DNA of 64,000 nucleotides, taken from positions 2,240,001-2,304,000 of the forward strand of contig CBDFIJ010000004.1 of assembly GCA_965248055.1 (NCBI GenBank), in the 5' to 3' direction. Under the pieces are notes generated by a model. That model worked only from the letters and a program-made list of their open reading frames with translations. It was not told the DNA's origin and searched no databases. Shown here one piece after another: positions 10,931-19,615 of this stretch. Both the position numbers and the translations under genes were made by a program. The DNA comes from Candidatus Multivoradales bacterium (GTDB lineage Bacteria > Acidobacteriota > Thermoanaerobaculia > Multivoradales > JAHEKO01). The stretch's first letter is position 1; every line of letters starts with the position of its first letter.

Positions 10931-11962
10931 CTAGCCTTCTGCCGCTTCAAAGAAACCCATCCAGCCGAGTTCTGCGAACTCGCTCTGGTGGGCGTGGAAC
11001 ATGAACTGACCGGGGTAGCGAAAACGGGTTTCGATAATTGCCCGCTCTCCCTGGCACAACATGATGGTGTCGGTGGTCTCCTGTGAATCCAACCGGGTGC
11101 CGGTGCGGAACACGTCAAAAAACATCGCGTGTAGGTGAAAGCTATTGATCGGATCAAACTCCGTGACATTGAGTAAGTAGATCCGCACCAGCTCACCAAC
11201 CTTGACTTGGATCGGTTGGGCCATATGGAAATGAGCCACGGTATTGACTGCGTAGACCTCATTGCCACCGTCAAAGTTGGTGTCGAAACCGTTCATCACC
11301 ATCACTACTTCATCCGCTTCTGGCCGACCCTCTTTGGGGTCGACGATGAAAGCTCCATAGAGCCCTTTGTGGATGTGGCGCTTGAGTGGAACGGCGTGGC
11401 AGTGATAGAGATGAAAACCGAACGGCTCGGCTTCAAACTCGTATAAGAACTCTTCACCGGGCATTACCTGATCGGCCGGTACCGATCCATCCATCTCGGG
11501 ACGGTGCCAGCCGTGAAAATGCATGGTGTGAGGATGCGAGCCGTGGTTGACGAAGCGAATGCGGATCCGATCCCCTTCAGTAGCTCGAATAGTCGGCCCT
11601 GGGACCTGACCGTTGTAAGTCCAAGCGGGAAAGTAGACGCCGGGCGCGATCTCAATTTCCCGATCGATCGCGACAAATTCATACTCCCGTAGCGTCGAGC
11701 CATCAGCTTGTGGGGTTTCCCGGTAAACCAAGGAGCGCTTGTCCGCGGGAAGGTCAGAGAAATTCCAAGACCGCAGGAAACGCATTGGATCGAACCGAGA
11801 AGTGTCGACTTGACCCACGACCCCCATCTGGTGCGATGAATGGGGTGGGGTTACGGTTTGGCCTGCGGCGGTGAGTTTTTGTAAGCCCGTCGCCCCGGCT
11901 GCGAGAGAGCCGATGCCCGCCGCCTTGAGCAAGGTGCGGCGTGAGGTTGTGGGTTTCGCCAT
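10931..11962 (-). CDS. Tat-exported two-domain multicopper oxidase
   Basis: SRRTLLK Tat motif; HPHTMHFH, YHCH..HIHKGL, FHLH and FHAH copper motifs. Confidence 0.9.
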   Translation of the reverse strand: MAKPTTSRRTLLKAAGIGSLAAGATGLQKLTAAGQTVTPPHSSHQMGVVGQVDTSRFDPMRFLRSWNFSDLPADKRSLVYRETPQADGSTLREYEFVAIDREIEIAPGVYFPAWTYNGQVPGPTIRATEGDRIRIRFVNHGSHPHTMHFHGWHRPEMDGSVPADQVMPGEEFLYEFEAEPFGFHLYHCHAVPLKRHIHKGLYGAFIVDPKEGRPEADEVVMVMNGFDTNFDGGNEVYAVNTVAHFHMAQPIQVKVGELVRIYLLNVTEFDPINSFHLHAMFFDVFRTGTRLDSQETTDTIMLCQGERAIIETRFRYPGQFMFHAHQSEFAELGWMGFFEAAEG

Positions 11963-12002
11963 GATTTTGTGCTGATAAAAAGTAAAGAGAAGTCTAGCGA
12001 GA

Positions 12003-12020
12003 ATTTTGACTACTCAAAAT
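12003..12020. promoter_or_regulatory. Candidate DtxR/MntR operator
   Basis: Perfect palindrome ATTTTGA-CTAC-TCAAAAT between the divergent oxidase and regulator genes. Confidence 0.7.
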
Positions 12021-12073
12021 AATAATCTTGAAGGCTATAAAAAAGCAACTAAAACAGGATATCCTTAATCGCC

Positions 12074-12748
12074 ATGCCCACCAGTACTGTCGAGGACTAC
12101 CTGAAACGCATCTTGTTGGAGGAAGCGAAACCCGGTGCGCTGGTTAAGTTTGGACCCATCGCCATCGGTCTCAATGTGGCACCAGGCACTGTGACCGCGA
12201 TGATGAAGACCCTGGCCGACAGCGGACTGGTCAGCTATGAGCCTTACTCCGGCGTACGCCTTTCCTCTGCCGGCCGGCAGCTGGCGATGCACGTGCTCAG
12301 GCGCCATCGGCTGATCGAATTATTTCTGGTCGAAGTCCTCGGGTTGGACTGGACCGAAGTCCACGCCGAGGCCGAAGATCTCGAGCACGCGGTTTCCGAT
12401 CGGATCGTCGAACGCATTGATGCTTTGCTGGGATTTCCCACCGTCGATCCACATGGAGATCCGATCCCTGACGCTCAGGGGCAGTTGTCTACAGATTCTG
12501 CACAAAACCTTACGGCGGTGCCAGAGGGAGGCGTGTTTCAAGTTGTGAGAGTTCTTGACCAGAGTCCAGGGTTCTTACAATTAGTTGAGCTTGAGGGCCT
12601 TCGACCCGGCAGCCTACTCACGGTTGAGAGTCATGATGAGGCTTCCGACACAATGGTATTGCGCCGAGATAAAGGCGATTTGATCAGCCTGGGCTTGAGG
12701 GCGGCGAGCAAGCTTCTGGTCGAAGAAGCGGCGCTCAGGTTTGAATAG
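12074..12748 (+). CDS. mntR: DtxR/MntR-family metal-dependent repressor with FeoA domain
   Basis: VEDYLK, RRHRLIELFL, HAEAEDLEH and DPHGDPIP motifs. Confidence 0.88.
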   Translation: MPTSTVEDYLKRILLEEAKPGALVKFGPIAIGLNVAPGTVTAMMKTLADSGLVSYEPYSGVRLSSAGRQLAMHVLRRHRLIELFLVEVLGLDWTEVHAEAEDLEHAVSDRIVERIDALLGFPTVDPHGDPIPDAQGQLSTDSAQNLTAVPEGGVFQVVRVLDQSPGFLQLVELEGLRPGSLLTVESHDEASDTMVLRRDKGDLISLGLRAASKLLVEEAALRFE

Positions 12749-12835
12749 ACTTAGGTCGTAATGGGCTCATGTCAGCTTGACACGGGGCTCTATTCGTTGT
12801 GTTTTCTCTTGCGACAGAAATGACTGAATAAAGAA

Positions 12836-13372
12836 ATGTCGAAGAAGTTGTCACCGAGCACTCAGCAATTCGTTCTTCATTGGGGGTCTATGGGGCCTCA
12901 CTGGGGAGTCAATCGTAGCGTCGCACAAATCCACGCTTTGCTCTACCTGTCACCCGACCCCTTCACCGCTGAAGAGATTTCCGGATTGCTGTCTATTGCA
13001 AGGTCAAATGTAAGCAATAGCCTAAAGGAACTCCAGTCTTGGCACATCGTACAAAAAGTCGCTGTGCTCGGAGATCGACGGGAGCACTTCAAGTCCGAGA
13101 TTGATGTGTGGGAGATGTTTCAGACTGTTCTTGCTGAGAGGAAGAAACGAGAATTCGACCCGACATTGAAGTTGCTGCGGGAGATGCCGACAACGGGACA
13201 CGACTCAGCGGAAACTAACTATACGCGGGAGCGTCTTGCAGAAATGCGTGAGTTCTTCGAGTCGACTTCAGCTTGGTATGTAGAGATCGGTCGCTTGTCG
13301 CCCAAATCTATGCGTCGGCTTGCCACTCTTGGGCGGAGGGTGCGCCAATTGGTTGATCCCGGAAGTCGTTGA
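12836..13372 (+). CDS. GbsR/MarR-family transcriptional regulator
   Basis: FVLHWGSMGPHWGVNRSVAQIHALL...SNVSNSLKEL...GDRREHF. Confidence 0.88.
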   Translation: MSKKLSPSTQQFVLHWGSMGPHWGVNRSVAQIHALLYLSPDPFTAEEISGLLSIARSNVSNSLKELQSWHIVQKVAVLGDRREHFKSEIDVWEMFQTVLAERKKREFDPTLKLLREMPTTGHDSAETNYTRERLAEMREFFESTSAWYVEIGRLSPKSMRRLATLGRRVRQLVDPGSR

Positions 13373-13397
13373 GTTTTTTTGTACCTGTAGTTCTGTT

Positions 13398-14822
13398 ATG
13401 ACAGAAATAAAAGAAACGAATGCACGTTCGCTTCTCTTCTACGATGACGAATGTTCTGTTTGTCGGAGCACGGTGAACCGTTGGAAGTGGGTGCTGAGGA
13501 AGCGAGGTGTGGAGACGGTAGCGATGCAATCAAGCCGCGGCCGCCGTCATCTGGGCTTGGAGAAGGGAGTGGTTCCGGATGAGATGAAGCTTCGCCTGTC
13601 GAGTGGAAAGCTTGTGGGTGGCGGAGATGCTCTGATTCATTTGACGGGTCTCTTTTGGTGGGCGAAGCCCCTTCACACTCTTGCCAGCGTGTGCCCTTGC
13701 AGTGATCGCATTGCCAATGGAGCATATCGATGGGTGGCTGCTGGTAGGTATTGCGTGGCTGGAGCATGCAGGGTCACGAGTAGTCCAAAGGATCACAACC
13801 AACCGAGCTGGCGCGAAATGATTTTAAGTAGCGTGGGGTATCTGCCATTGTTTATTGGCGCAGGCCTCGTGGCGTCTATCCGCAGCAAATTTTCGCCCTG
13901 GGTGTTCATGTGGGTTATCTCCTACACTCTCTTCGTCGGCTTCAAGTTCTTGACGCTTTGGCTGCAACGCGAGAAGTTGCAGGGTGTACCGTCTTGGCGA
14001 ATCCTGGCGTATGTTTTCGCTTGGGTGGGGATGGATCCCAGGCCGTTTCTGGTGGGGCAGGGTCGCTCGACGCCAAGGGTGCCACATAGTGGTCTGGCGT
14101 CCAGCCTTTGCTCATTGATTGTAGGAGCCTTGATTCTTGTCTTTGCCGCATCAAACCCGGCCCATTTGCAAGATCAATTGAGGGCGGGGCTCGGGCTCAT
14201 AGGTTTGGCCTGCGTTCTTCACTTCGGACTTTTCAAATTAGTAGCGTGGTTTTGGTCCAATATGGGCATCGCGGTTGCTCCGGTCATGAATGCACCGCTG
14301 CAGGCGACCTCGGTCAACGATTTTTGGAGTCGTCGTTGGAACTTGGCGTTTAGAGACCTCGCGAGAGTTACGGTCTACCGCCCGGTCTCACGCTTGGCAG
14401 GTGGGGCGGTAGCAATGCTGTTGGTTTTTCTAGTCTCAGGTTTTCTGCACGAAGTGGCCCTCTCGTTGCCTGCACGGGGTGGCTATGGTTTACCAACTCT
14501 CTACTTCTTACTGCAAGGGTGTGCGGCTCTCACTGAGCGTTACGTCCGGTCTCAGAGACCGTCCATGTCTCGGTTTGCCTACCGACTCTCGGCTCTGGCA
14601 ACAGTGGTTCTTCCGATACCCCTGCTCTTTCACTCTGCGTTTCTCCGCACGGTCATCATTCCATTCTTGAATTCTCTACAGGAAGCCTTAACCATGAGAA
14701 TTACCTACCCCCCCCCTTTGGGTTTTGATCGCAGTTGGAGGAATGGTGCAGATTGCGATAGCGGTCGCTTCGCTCATGGTCCCGAAATGCCTACAGTGGC
14801 GCCGACGCTTGCTGGGAGTTGA
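13398..14822 (+). CDS. DCC1/DUF393 thiol-disulfide domain fused to MBOAT (wax-synthase-like) acyltransferase
   Basis: FYDDECSVC at the N-terminus; FWSRRWNLAF and FLVSGFLHE in the MBOAT part. The last ~40 aa are probably read-through into the next gene. Confidence 0.8.
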   Translation: MTEIKETNARSLLFYDDECSVCRSTVNRWKWVLRKRGVETVAMQSSRGRRHLGLEKGVVPDEMKLRLSSGKLVGGGDALIHLTGLFWWAKPLHTLASVCPCSDRIANGAYRWVAAGRYCVAGACRVTSSPKDHNQPSWREMILSSVGYLPLFIGAGLVASIRSKFSPWVFMWVISYTLFVGFKFLTLWLQREKLQGVPSWRILAYVFAWVGMDPRPFLVGQGRSTPRVPHSGLASSLCSLIVGALILVFAASNPAHLQDQLRAGLGLIGLACVLHFGLFKLVAWFWSNMGIAVAPVMNAPLQATSVNDFWSRRWNLAFRDLARVTVYRPVSRLAGGAVAMLLVFLVSGFLHEVALSLPARGGYGLPTLYFLLQGCAALTERYVRSQRPSMSRFAYRLSALATVVLPIPLLFHSAFLRTVIIPFLNSLQEALTMRITYPPPLGFDRSWRNGADCDSGRFAHGPEMPTVAPTLAGS

Positions 14823-14894
14823 CCCAATCGTGCGACACCTTTTCTGGGTCTACGCTGGGTTTATCTTCCTATTATCCCCAGAAGCTGCCGCGTG
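14694..14894 (+). pseudogene. Truncated membrane-protein gene downstream of MBOAT
   Basis: The +1 frame after a C9 run reads LWVLIAVGGMVQIAIAVASLMVPKCLQW...LFWVYAGFIFLL and then ends where mobile-element DNA begins. Confidence 0.55.
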
Positions 14895-14899
14895 ATGTA

Positions 14900-15285
14900 T
14901 ACGTATCTTCTTTGTATCTCTTAGATATATCCGGCCAATCTGGCCGCTGAGATAGATAAACCTGTCCGCATTACTGGGACAGGTTGTCCGTTCGTACAAA
15001 ACGCGTAAATTGCTCTGTTGGTCGGAGGGATCGACTGCCTTCGATGAGCCCATGATCGCGCAGCTTGGCAAGTCCTCTGCGCACCGTTCGATCGGAGATT
15101 CCGAGCGCACGTCCGAGGTAGTCGCGAGACGCGAAACACCACCCCGTCTTTCTGGCGAGAACTTCGATCATCGCCAGAAGGGCGTACTCGTTGATCGTGA
15201 GGTTCAGCTTTTTGCGCGCATGCAAGTCGATTCGCACATATGGCGGATTGTTGGCCTTTTGGCCGGTGCGGCGATGGTTGTGCAT
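14900..15285 (-). pseudogene. Degenerate phage/plasmid replication-initiator-like wHTH gene
   Basis: GWCFASRDYLGRALGISDRTVRRGLAKL HTH, followed by CGGACA-type iteron-like repeats and an early stop at 14971. Confidence 0.6.
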
Positions 15286-15391
15286 GTGTGAGCCACCGTA
15301 CGTCAGCATAAAGGGAGCGTCTAGTGAACGCTGGTCACGGGAGAACATCCGTTCACTCGATAGTGCAATGTCTCTTCGCCAAACTGGAGCA

Positions 15392-15598
15392 ATGGAGTAT
15401 GACTTTCCAGAAATCATGAGCCGCTGCTCTCATCTCTCCGAACAAGAACGCGAAGCAGCTCGCGAGCGCCTCAACCGTTACATCAGACTACTTGTCGACA
15501 TCGCTCGTGATCCAGAATCACGCCGAAAGTTGGATCAATTGACGAGGACAAGATCGGCGCGTACCGTGAACTCACGGTCGAACCATTACAAGTCCTAA
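15392..15598 (+). CDS. Small helical hypothetical protein upstream of a serine recombinase remnant
   Basis: GGAG RBS; MEYDFPEIM...EAARERLNRYIRLL. Confidence 0.5.
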   Translation: MEYDFPEIMSRCSHLSEQEREAARERLNRYIRLLVDIARDPESRRKLDQLTRTRSARTVNSRSNHYKS

Positions 15599-15612
15599 CC
15601 AAACACCCGCAC

Positions 15613-15850
15613 TATGCAAAAGTGTTTTGGATACATCCGTGTATCCAGAAAACGCCAAGAAGAAGGTGTCTCGCTCAAAGAACAGCGAGCAGCCATCATC
15701 GCCTACGCTACGAAGCACGGCATCGTCATCATCCATAAGATTGACCGAAACGCCTGAAACCTCCATGACTGGGCCGACCTTGCCGACCTCACCGAAGAGG
15801 GTGCACTTCCGTCGGGAACGGGCGGCGAATACCGCGCTTCTCTAGCGAAC
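15613..15850 (+). pseudogene. Serine recombinase remnant
   Basis: MQKCFGYIRVSRKRQEEGVSLKEQ joined directly to IIHKIDRNA*NLHDWADL; internal deletion plus a stop. Confidence 0.8.
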
Positions 15851-16002
15851 CCGCAAATATTACCATGCCCGAATCAGCTCGTCTAATGACAAGGTTGCTA
15901 CGAGAATCGAACTTTTGTGGCTCTGCTGAGCTTGTTACTGTTCACACGTTGTGCGACGTTCTAAACACCGTTTTCTCGAACCACATAGCATTCAGAGAAC
16001 CC

Positions 16003-16032
16003 AAAAGACCTCTCGGCTGAGAGGTTTTTTTT
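16003..16032 (+). terminator. Intrinsic terminator (possibly bidirectional)
   Basis: AAAAGACCTCTC-GGCT-GAGAGG-TTTTTTTT. Confidence 0.7.
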
Positions 16033-16229
16033 GGGACGTTCTTCTGACGAACATTCCTTATTGTCTTGTGTACGAACTCAGGACGTAGCTCGAACTTCGG
16101 ACAATTCGTCCGATTTGGGCACGAAGAACATTCCGAGGTGGTGTGTCCCCATTATCGAGGCGCTCGTTCGCTTTGCCAAGGGATAGTACGACAGGTTACA
16201 GGACAATCCCCGCGACGTTCTTACGGGTT

Positions 16230-16796
16230 CTAGTCGGCGGCAAGGTTGATCTCTGTTCGATCCCCCTTTTCTTGGACGGAGAACGATACCGACTCTCCAA
16301 CTGCCAACTTTCTTAGCTCAAGCGTGTGTTCGGGCTGCTCTTGATCTTCAACAACCTCGATGGACAAGGGCTCCGAGGTAGCCGAGTCATCGTAGGCGTA
16401 AAGAGTGACCTTGCCAGCTTCGATACCTCTGACCTCGAATTCACCGGAAGCATCGGTCGTAGTCGATAGCTCGCGTCGGCGACGCCCATCACGTTGCTCC
16501 CGGATGGCCACAACAAATGCGTCCGCCGGAGCGTCGTTCTTCACAACGTGGCCCACAATACGTGTGTTCTGCAGTACCACAGGAACCTTCGCATGGGTCG
16601 CTCCCATGGGACGTTCAATAATTTTGGTGCCGGCGGATTGTGTCCCGTTGCTGCCCATCAACTCAACTTCGATCGCCCATTCCCCTGCTTCAGGGAGATA
16701 CCCCACGAAAACGACCGTTCTCGTCGGTGGGCACCCGAATCGACCGCACGCTGTTTCGACCCCCAAAAATGAGGACGCCAGCTGTCCGGTCGTCCC
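16230..16796 (-). pseudogene. Fragment of a carboxypeptidase-regulatory-like (Ig-fold repeat) protein, cut by IS5
   Basis: TTTDASGEFEVRGIEAGKVTL repeat; frameshift near GGRNSVRSIRVPTDENGRF/GYLPEAGEW; similar in type to 19616-21856. Confidence 0.65.
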
Positions 16797-16800
16797 CTAG

Positions 16801-17357
16801 GAGCTTGCTGAAAAACCCCACCACCGGACCATAACGATTCTATAATTGGGAATAGGAGGTTTTGATGCGTGGATCGGATCAAGGTCAGGGATCAATGTTC
16901 AGCTACGTTGACCTGGAACGGCGAATTCCTCGGTCTCATCCGTTGCGGCGGATCCGAAGTTTGATGGACGAAGCTCTTGGAGAGCTATCGGAGCGTTTTG
17001 AGACGATCTACGCTTCGAGTGGTCGTCCTTCGATTCCCCCCGAGCGTCTGCTCCGCGCATTGCTGCTTCAAGTGCTCTTCAGCGTGCGTAGTGAACGCCA
17101 GCTGATGGAGCAACTTGAGTACAACCTTCTATTTCGCTGGTTTGTCGGTCTTGGTATCGACGAGCGGGTGTGGGACGCGACGACGTTTTGCAAGAACCGA
17201 GAGCGCTTGCTCGAAGGTTCGATCGCGGAAGAACTGTTTGCAGCGGTGCTGTCTCAAGCCGAGGACCGTGATCTGCTGTCACCGGATCACTTCAGCGTTG
17301 ATGGCACACTGATCGAGGCTTGGGCTTCGCACAAGAGCTTTCGGCCAAAGGACGAAG
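16801..17357 (+). mobile_element. IS5-family element, left part only (transposase starts 16865)
   Basis: CTAG target followed by GAGCTTGCTGAAAAA end; MRGSDQGQGSMFSYVDLE...SVDGTLIEAWASHKSF; cut by an IS3-like element. Confidence 0.88.
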
Positions 17358-17457
17358 TCCTTTCTGCCAACATGAGTGAGACACTCCCCCGTTCAACAAT
17401 TAATGTAGGGCGGACGGAGGTAAATCATGTTGAAGATAGATACAAATCGAAGTCTGG

Positions 17458-17856
17458 TTGGTTCGAGGGAGAGATCCCGTCGCGCTCGACCCGGAGACCC
17501 CTGAGAAGCCATATCGACGGCGTTTTAGCGCCGCGTACAAGCTCGGTATTCTGGAGCAGGTTGATGCCTGCACCGCAGCGGGTGAAGTAGGAAGGTTGCT
17601 GCGTCGCGAAGGGCTTTACTCCTCACATTTGACAAGCTGGCGCAAAGCGCGGCGCGAAGGCTCTCTGGCTGGACTTTCCAAGCGTCGCGGGCGCAAGGCA
17701 AAGCCGGTCAATCCCCTGGCCAAGAAAGTCCAGCAGCTTGAGCGTGAGAATGCGCACCTTAGCGGTGAGCTTGAGAAAGCTCACTTGATTCTATATGTCC
17801 AGGGAAAAGTTGCCGGGCTGCTGGGATTGAGCTTCGACGACGGGAAAAGTTCCTGA
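17458..17856 (+). CDS. IS3 OrfA (possibly frameshifted near the 5' end)
   Basis: RRRFSAAYKLGIL...LLRREGLYSSHL. The RBS-preceded ATG at 17427 is out of frame with this ORF. Confidence 0.8.
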   Translation: MVRGRDPVALDPETPEKPYRRRFSAAYKLGILEQVDACTAAGEVGRLLRREGLYSSHLTSWRKARREGSLAGLSKRRGRKAKPVNPLAKKVQQLERENAHLSGELEKAHLILYVQGKVAGLLGLSFDDGKSS

Positions 17857-18860
17857 TGGCCGCAGTAGAGCTATCGGGCACGGTCGGTGTGAAGCCGGCG
17901 TGCCAAGCTCTCGGGGTTGCACGGGCCACTTACTACCGTCGCCAGAAGCATTCCAATGGGCGAAAGCAGCCCCGACCGACTCCCGCCCGAGCGCTATCGA
18001 GCTATGAACGCGACCGAGTACGCGGACTTCTATGCTCGCCACGATTCGCCGATCGAGCCCCCGCTGAGGTGGTTGCCACCTTGCTCGATGAAGGCACTTA
18101 TCATTGCTCTGAACGCACGATGTATCGCATTCTGGCTGCCGACAAAGCAACCAAGGAGCGACGCAATCAATTGCGCCGTCCACGCTATGCCAAGCCGGAG
18201 CTGGTGGCCACAGAGCCCAATCAAGTTTGGTCCTGGGATATCACTAAACTCAAAGGCCCAAAGACTTGGACTTGGTATTACCTCTACGTCTTACTCGATA
18301 TCTTCAGCCGCTATGTGGTGGGCTGGATGGTGGCATCAAGAGAAAGCAGTGCCCTAGCCAAGCGATTGATTCAAGACAGCTGTATCAAGCAGGGCACTGC
18401 CCCAGGAGAGCTCATCCTGCATAGTGACCGAGGATCACCAATGACCGCCAAAGGCACTGCCCAGCTCCTAGCTCAGCTCGGCGTCACTCGATCACTTTCC
18501 CGACCCAAGGTCCCGGACGACAATCCCTTTTCAGAAGCCCAGTTTAAGACCCTGAAATACCATCCGGGATTCCCCCGTCGTTTCGGCTCCATCGAAGACG
18601 CGCTCAGTTTTTGCCGACCTTTCTTTACTTGGTACAACACCGAGCATCGCCACAGCGGGCTCTCGATGATGACCCCGGAAGATGTCCACTACGGACGCAC
18701 TGTGCAGGTCCTCGACCACAGAACCAGTGTTCTGGCTGATGTTTTTCTCAATAAACCCGAGCGCTTCGTACGCGGCTGCCCGAAGCCAAAACCATTACCC
18801 GACGCTGTCTGGATCAACCCACCAGATCGGGATCGATCATCGCTTGGCGATGCTCACTAA
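17856..18860 (+). CDS. IS3 OrfB DDE transposase
   Basis: WSWDIT, LHSDRG and DNPFSEAQFKTLK motifs. Confidence 0.92.
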   Translation: MAAVELSGTVGVKPACQALGVARATYYRRQKHSNGRKQPRPTPARALSSYERDRVRGLLCSPRFADRAPAEVVATLLDEGTYHCSERTMYRILAADKATKERRNQLRRPRYAKPELVATEPNQVWSWDITKLKGPKTWTWYYLYVLLDIFSRYVVGWMVASRESSALAKRLIQDSCIKQGTAPGELILHSDRGSPMTAKGTAQLLAQLGVTRSLSRPKVPDDNPFSEAQFKTLKYHPGFPRRFGSIEDALSFCRPFFTWYNTEHRHSGLSMMTPEDVHYGRTVQVLDHRTSVLADVFLNKPERFVRGCPKPKPLPDAVWINPPDRDRSSLGDAH

Positions 18861-18900
18861 TTAAAGATGACGTGTGTCTCATTATCGTTGGCAGGTTCCG

Positions 18901-19200
18901 ATCAGCCAGGTCTACAACTACGTAAGAAAGATCAGGGCGACCAAAGCCAAAGACCGGAAAGGGCGGCCAGTCACGCTTGGGCCAGATTTGCCTTTCTATG
19001 CGTACATACTTGCCGACATCACTCCTTCGCTTGAGACACAAGCGGAGAACGCGAACTTCATTCGTTCGCCGGACAGCATGGGATATTTTGGTTACAATTC
19101 GCGCCTCCGAACCTACGTTGAGATTATGAGTTTCAAGAAGGTCGTTGTCGATGCAAAGAAACGAAATACGGCCTTTTTTCGACGGTTAGGAATTTCGTAG
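18901..19200 (+). pseudogene. C-terminal remnant resembling defence-island GHKL-ATPase/nuclease proteins
   Basis: PISQVYNYVRKIR...PFYAYILAD...GYFGYN...YVEIMSFKKVVVDAKKRN...FFRRLG; family recalled from pattern, not searched; 5' part removed at the IS end. Confidence 0.5.
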
Positions 19201-19234
19201 AGTTAGCCGAGAGAAGAGGTTCGGATGTCTGCAC

Positions 19235-19374
19235 CATGGCACACTTGAACTCAAGAAATGACGGACCTCGCCAACACCTGGCAACAAAGACATTGGTCGC
19301 AAGTCACTGATTTTGTTGTGGTTATCTCTTGTGTTCGATTGAGGTCTATTGGCTCGAACCAATCTTCAAAACCG
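19235..19374 (+). repeat. attP-like arm plus core, copy 1
   Basis: Homologous to 22414-22552: CATGGCACA, CTCAAGAAA, GCCAACAC.TG.CAACA, IHF-like tract, core CAATCTTCAAAACCG. Confidence 0.8.
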
Positions 19375-19430
19375 TTGTCCCGTTCCGGATCGGCTCGGGG
19401 GGTTGGTTCGATTCCCATGCGCTTCCGCCA
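19363..19430 (+). tRNA. selC: 3' fragment of tRNA-Sec (att-site remnant, not an intact gene)
   Basis: CTTCAAA anticodon loop (UCA), long variable arm, GGTTCGATTCC T-loop, GCGCTTCCGCCA end; no 5' half upstream. Confidence 0.85.
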
Positions 19431-19615
19431 TTTAAGTTATTGGAATTACAACATCTCGCGGCTGTCGCGTCCGAGGCGCAAGGTGTGAAAGTAATTTCGT
19501 TGCGCTTGCTTTTCCGGGTTTGGAGATCAAGGTGGCGAGTAGATCCGGTTGGCCCTCGGGGGATTTTGCCAGGCTAGTGTGATAAAATTTGGTCCCGTTA
19601 GGATAGAGGTTTCCA

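Larger units (their letters stand above)
17358..18900 (+). mobile_element. IS3-family element with sub-terminal inverted repeats
   Basis: orfA/orfB pair; IRs TGCCAACATGAGTGAGACAC (17365-17384) and GTGTCTCATTATCGTTGGCA (18874-18893). Confidence 0.88.

Noticed and set aside
10931-11962. Copper nitrite reductase NirK
   Set aside because: It has four HxH motifs for a trinuclear cluster, which indicates a two-domain oxidase.
15752-15757. In-frame TGA in the serine recombinase as a selenocysteine codon
   Set aside because: The position corresponds to the conserved Arg of DRxxR (likely CGA>TGA), and the gene has other lesions.
17358-17590. C-terminal part of the 242-aa IS5 ORF
   Set aside because: It is read-through into the inserted IS3 end, not transposase sequence.
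19330-19430. Intact tRNA-Sec gene
   Set aside because: No GGAAGCG acceptor 5' strand or D-arm upstream, and the T-stem has a mismatch; only the 3' part is present.
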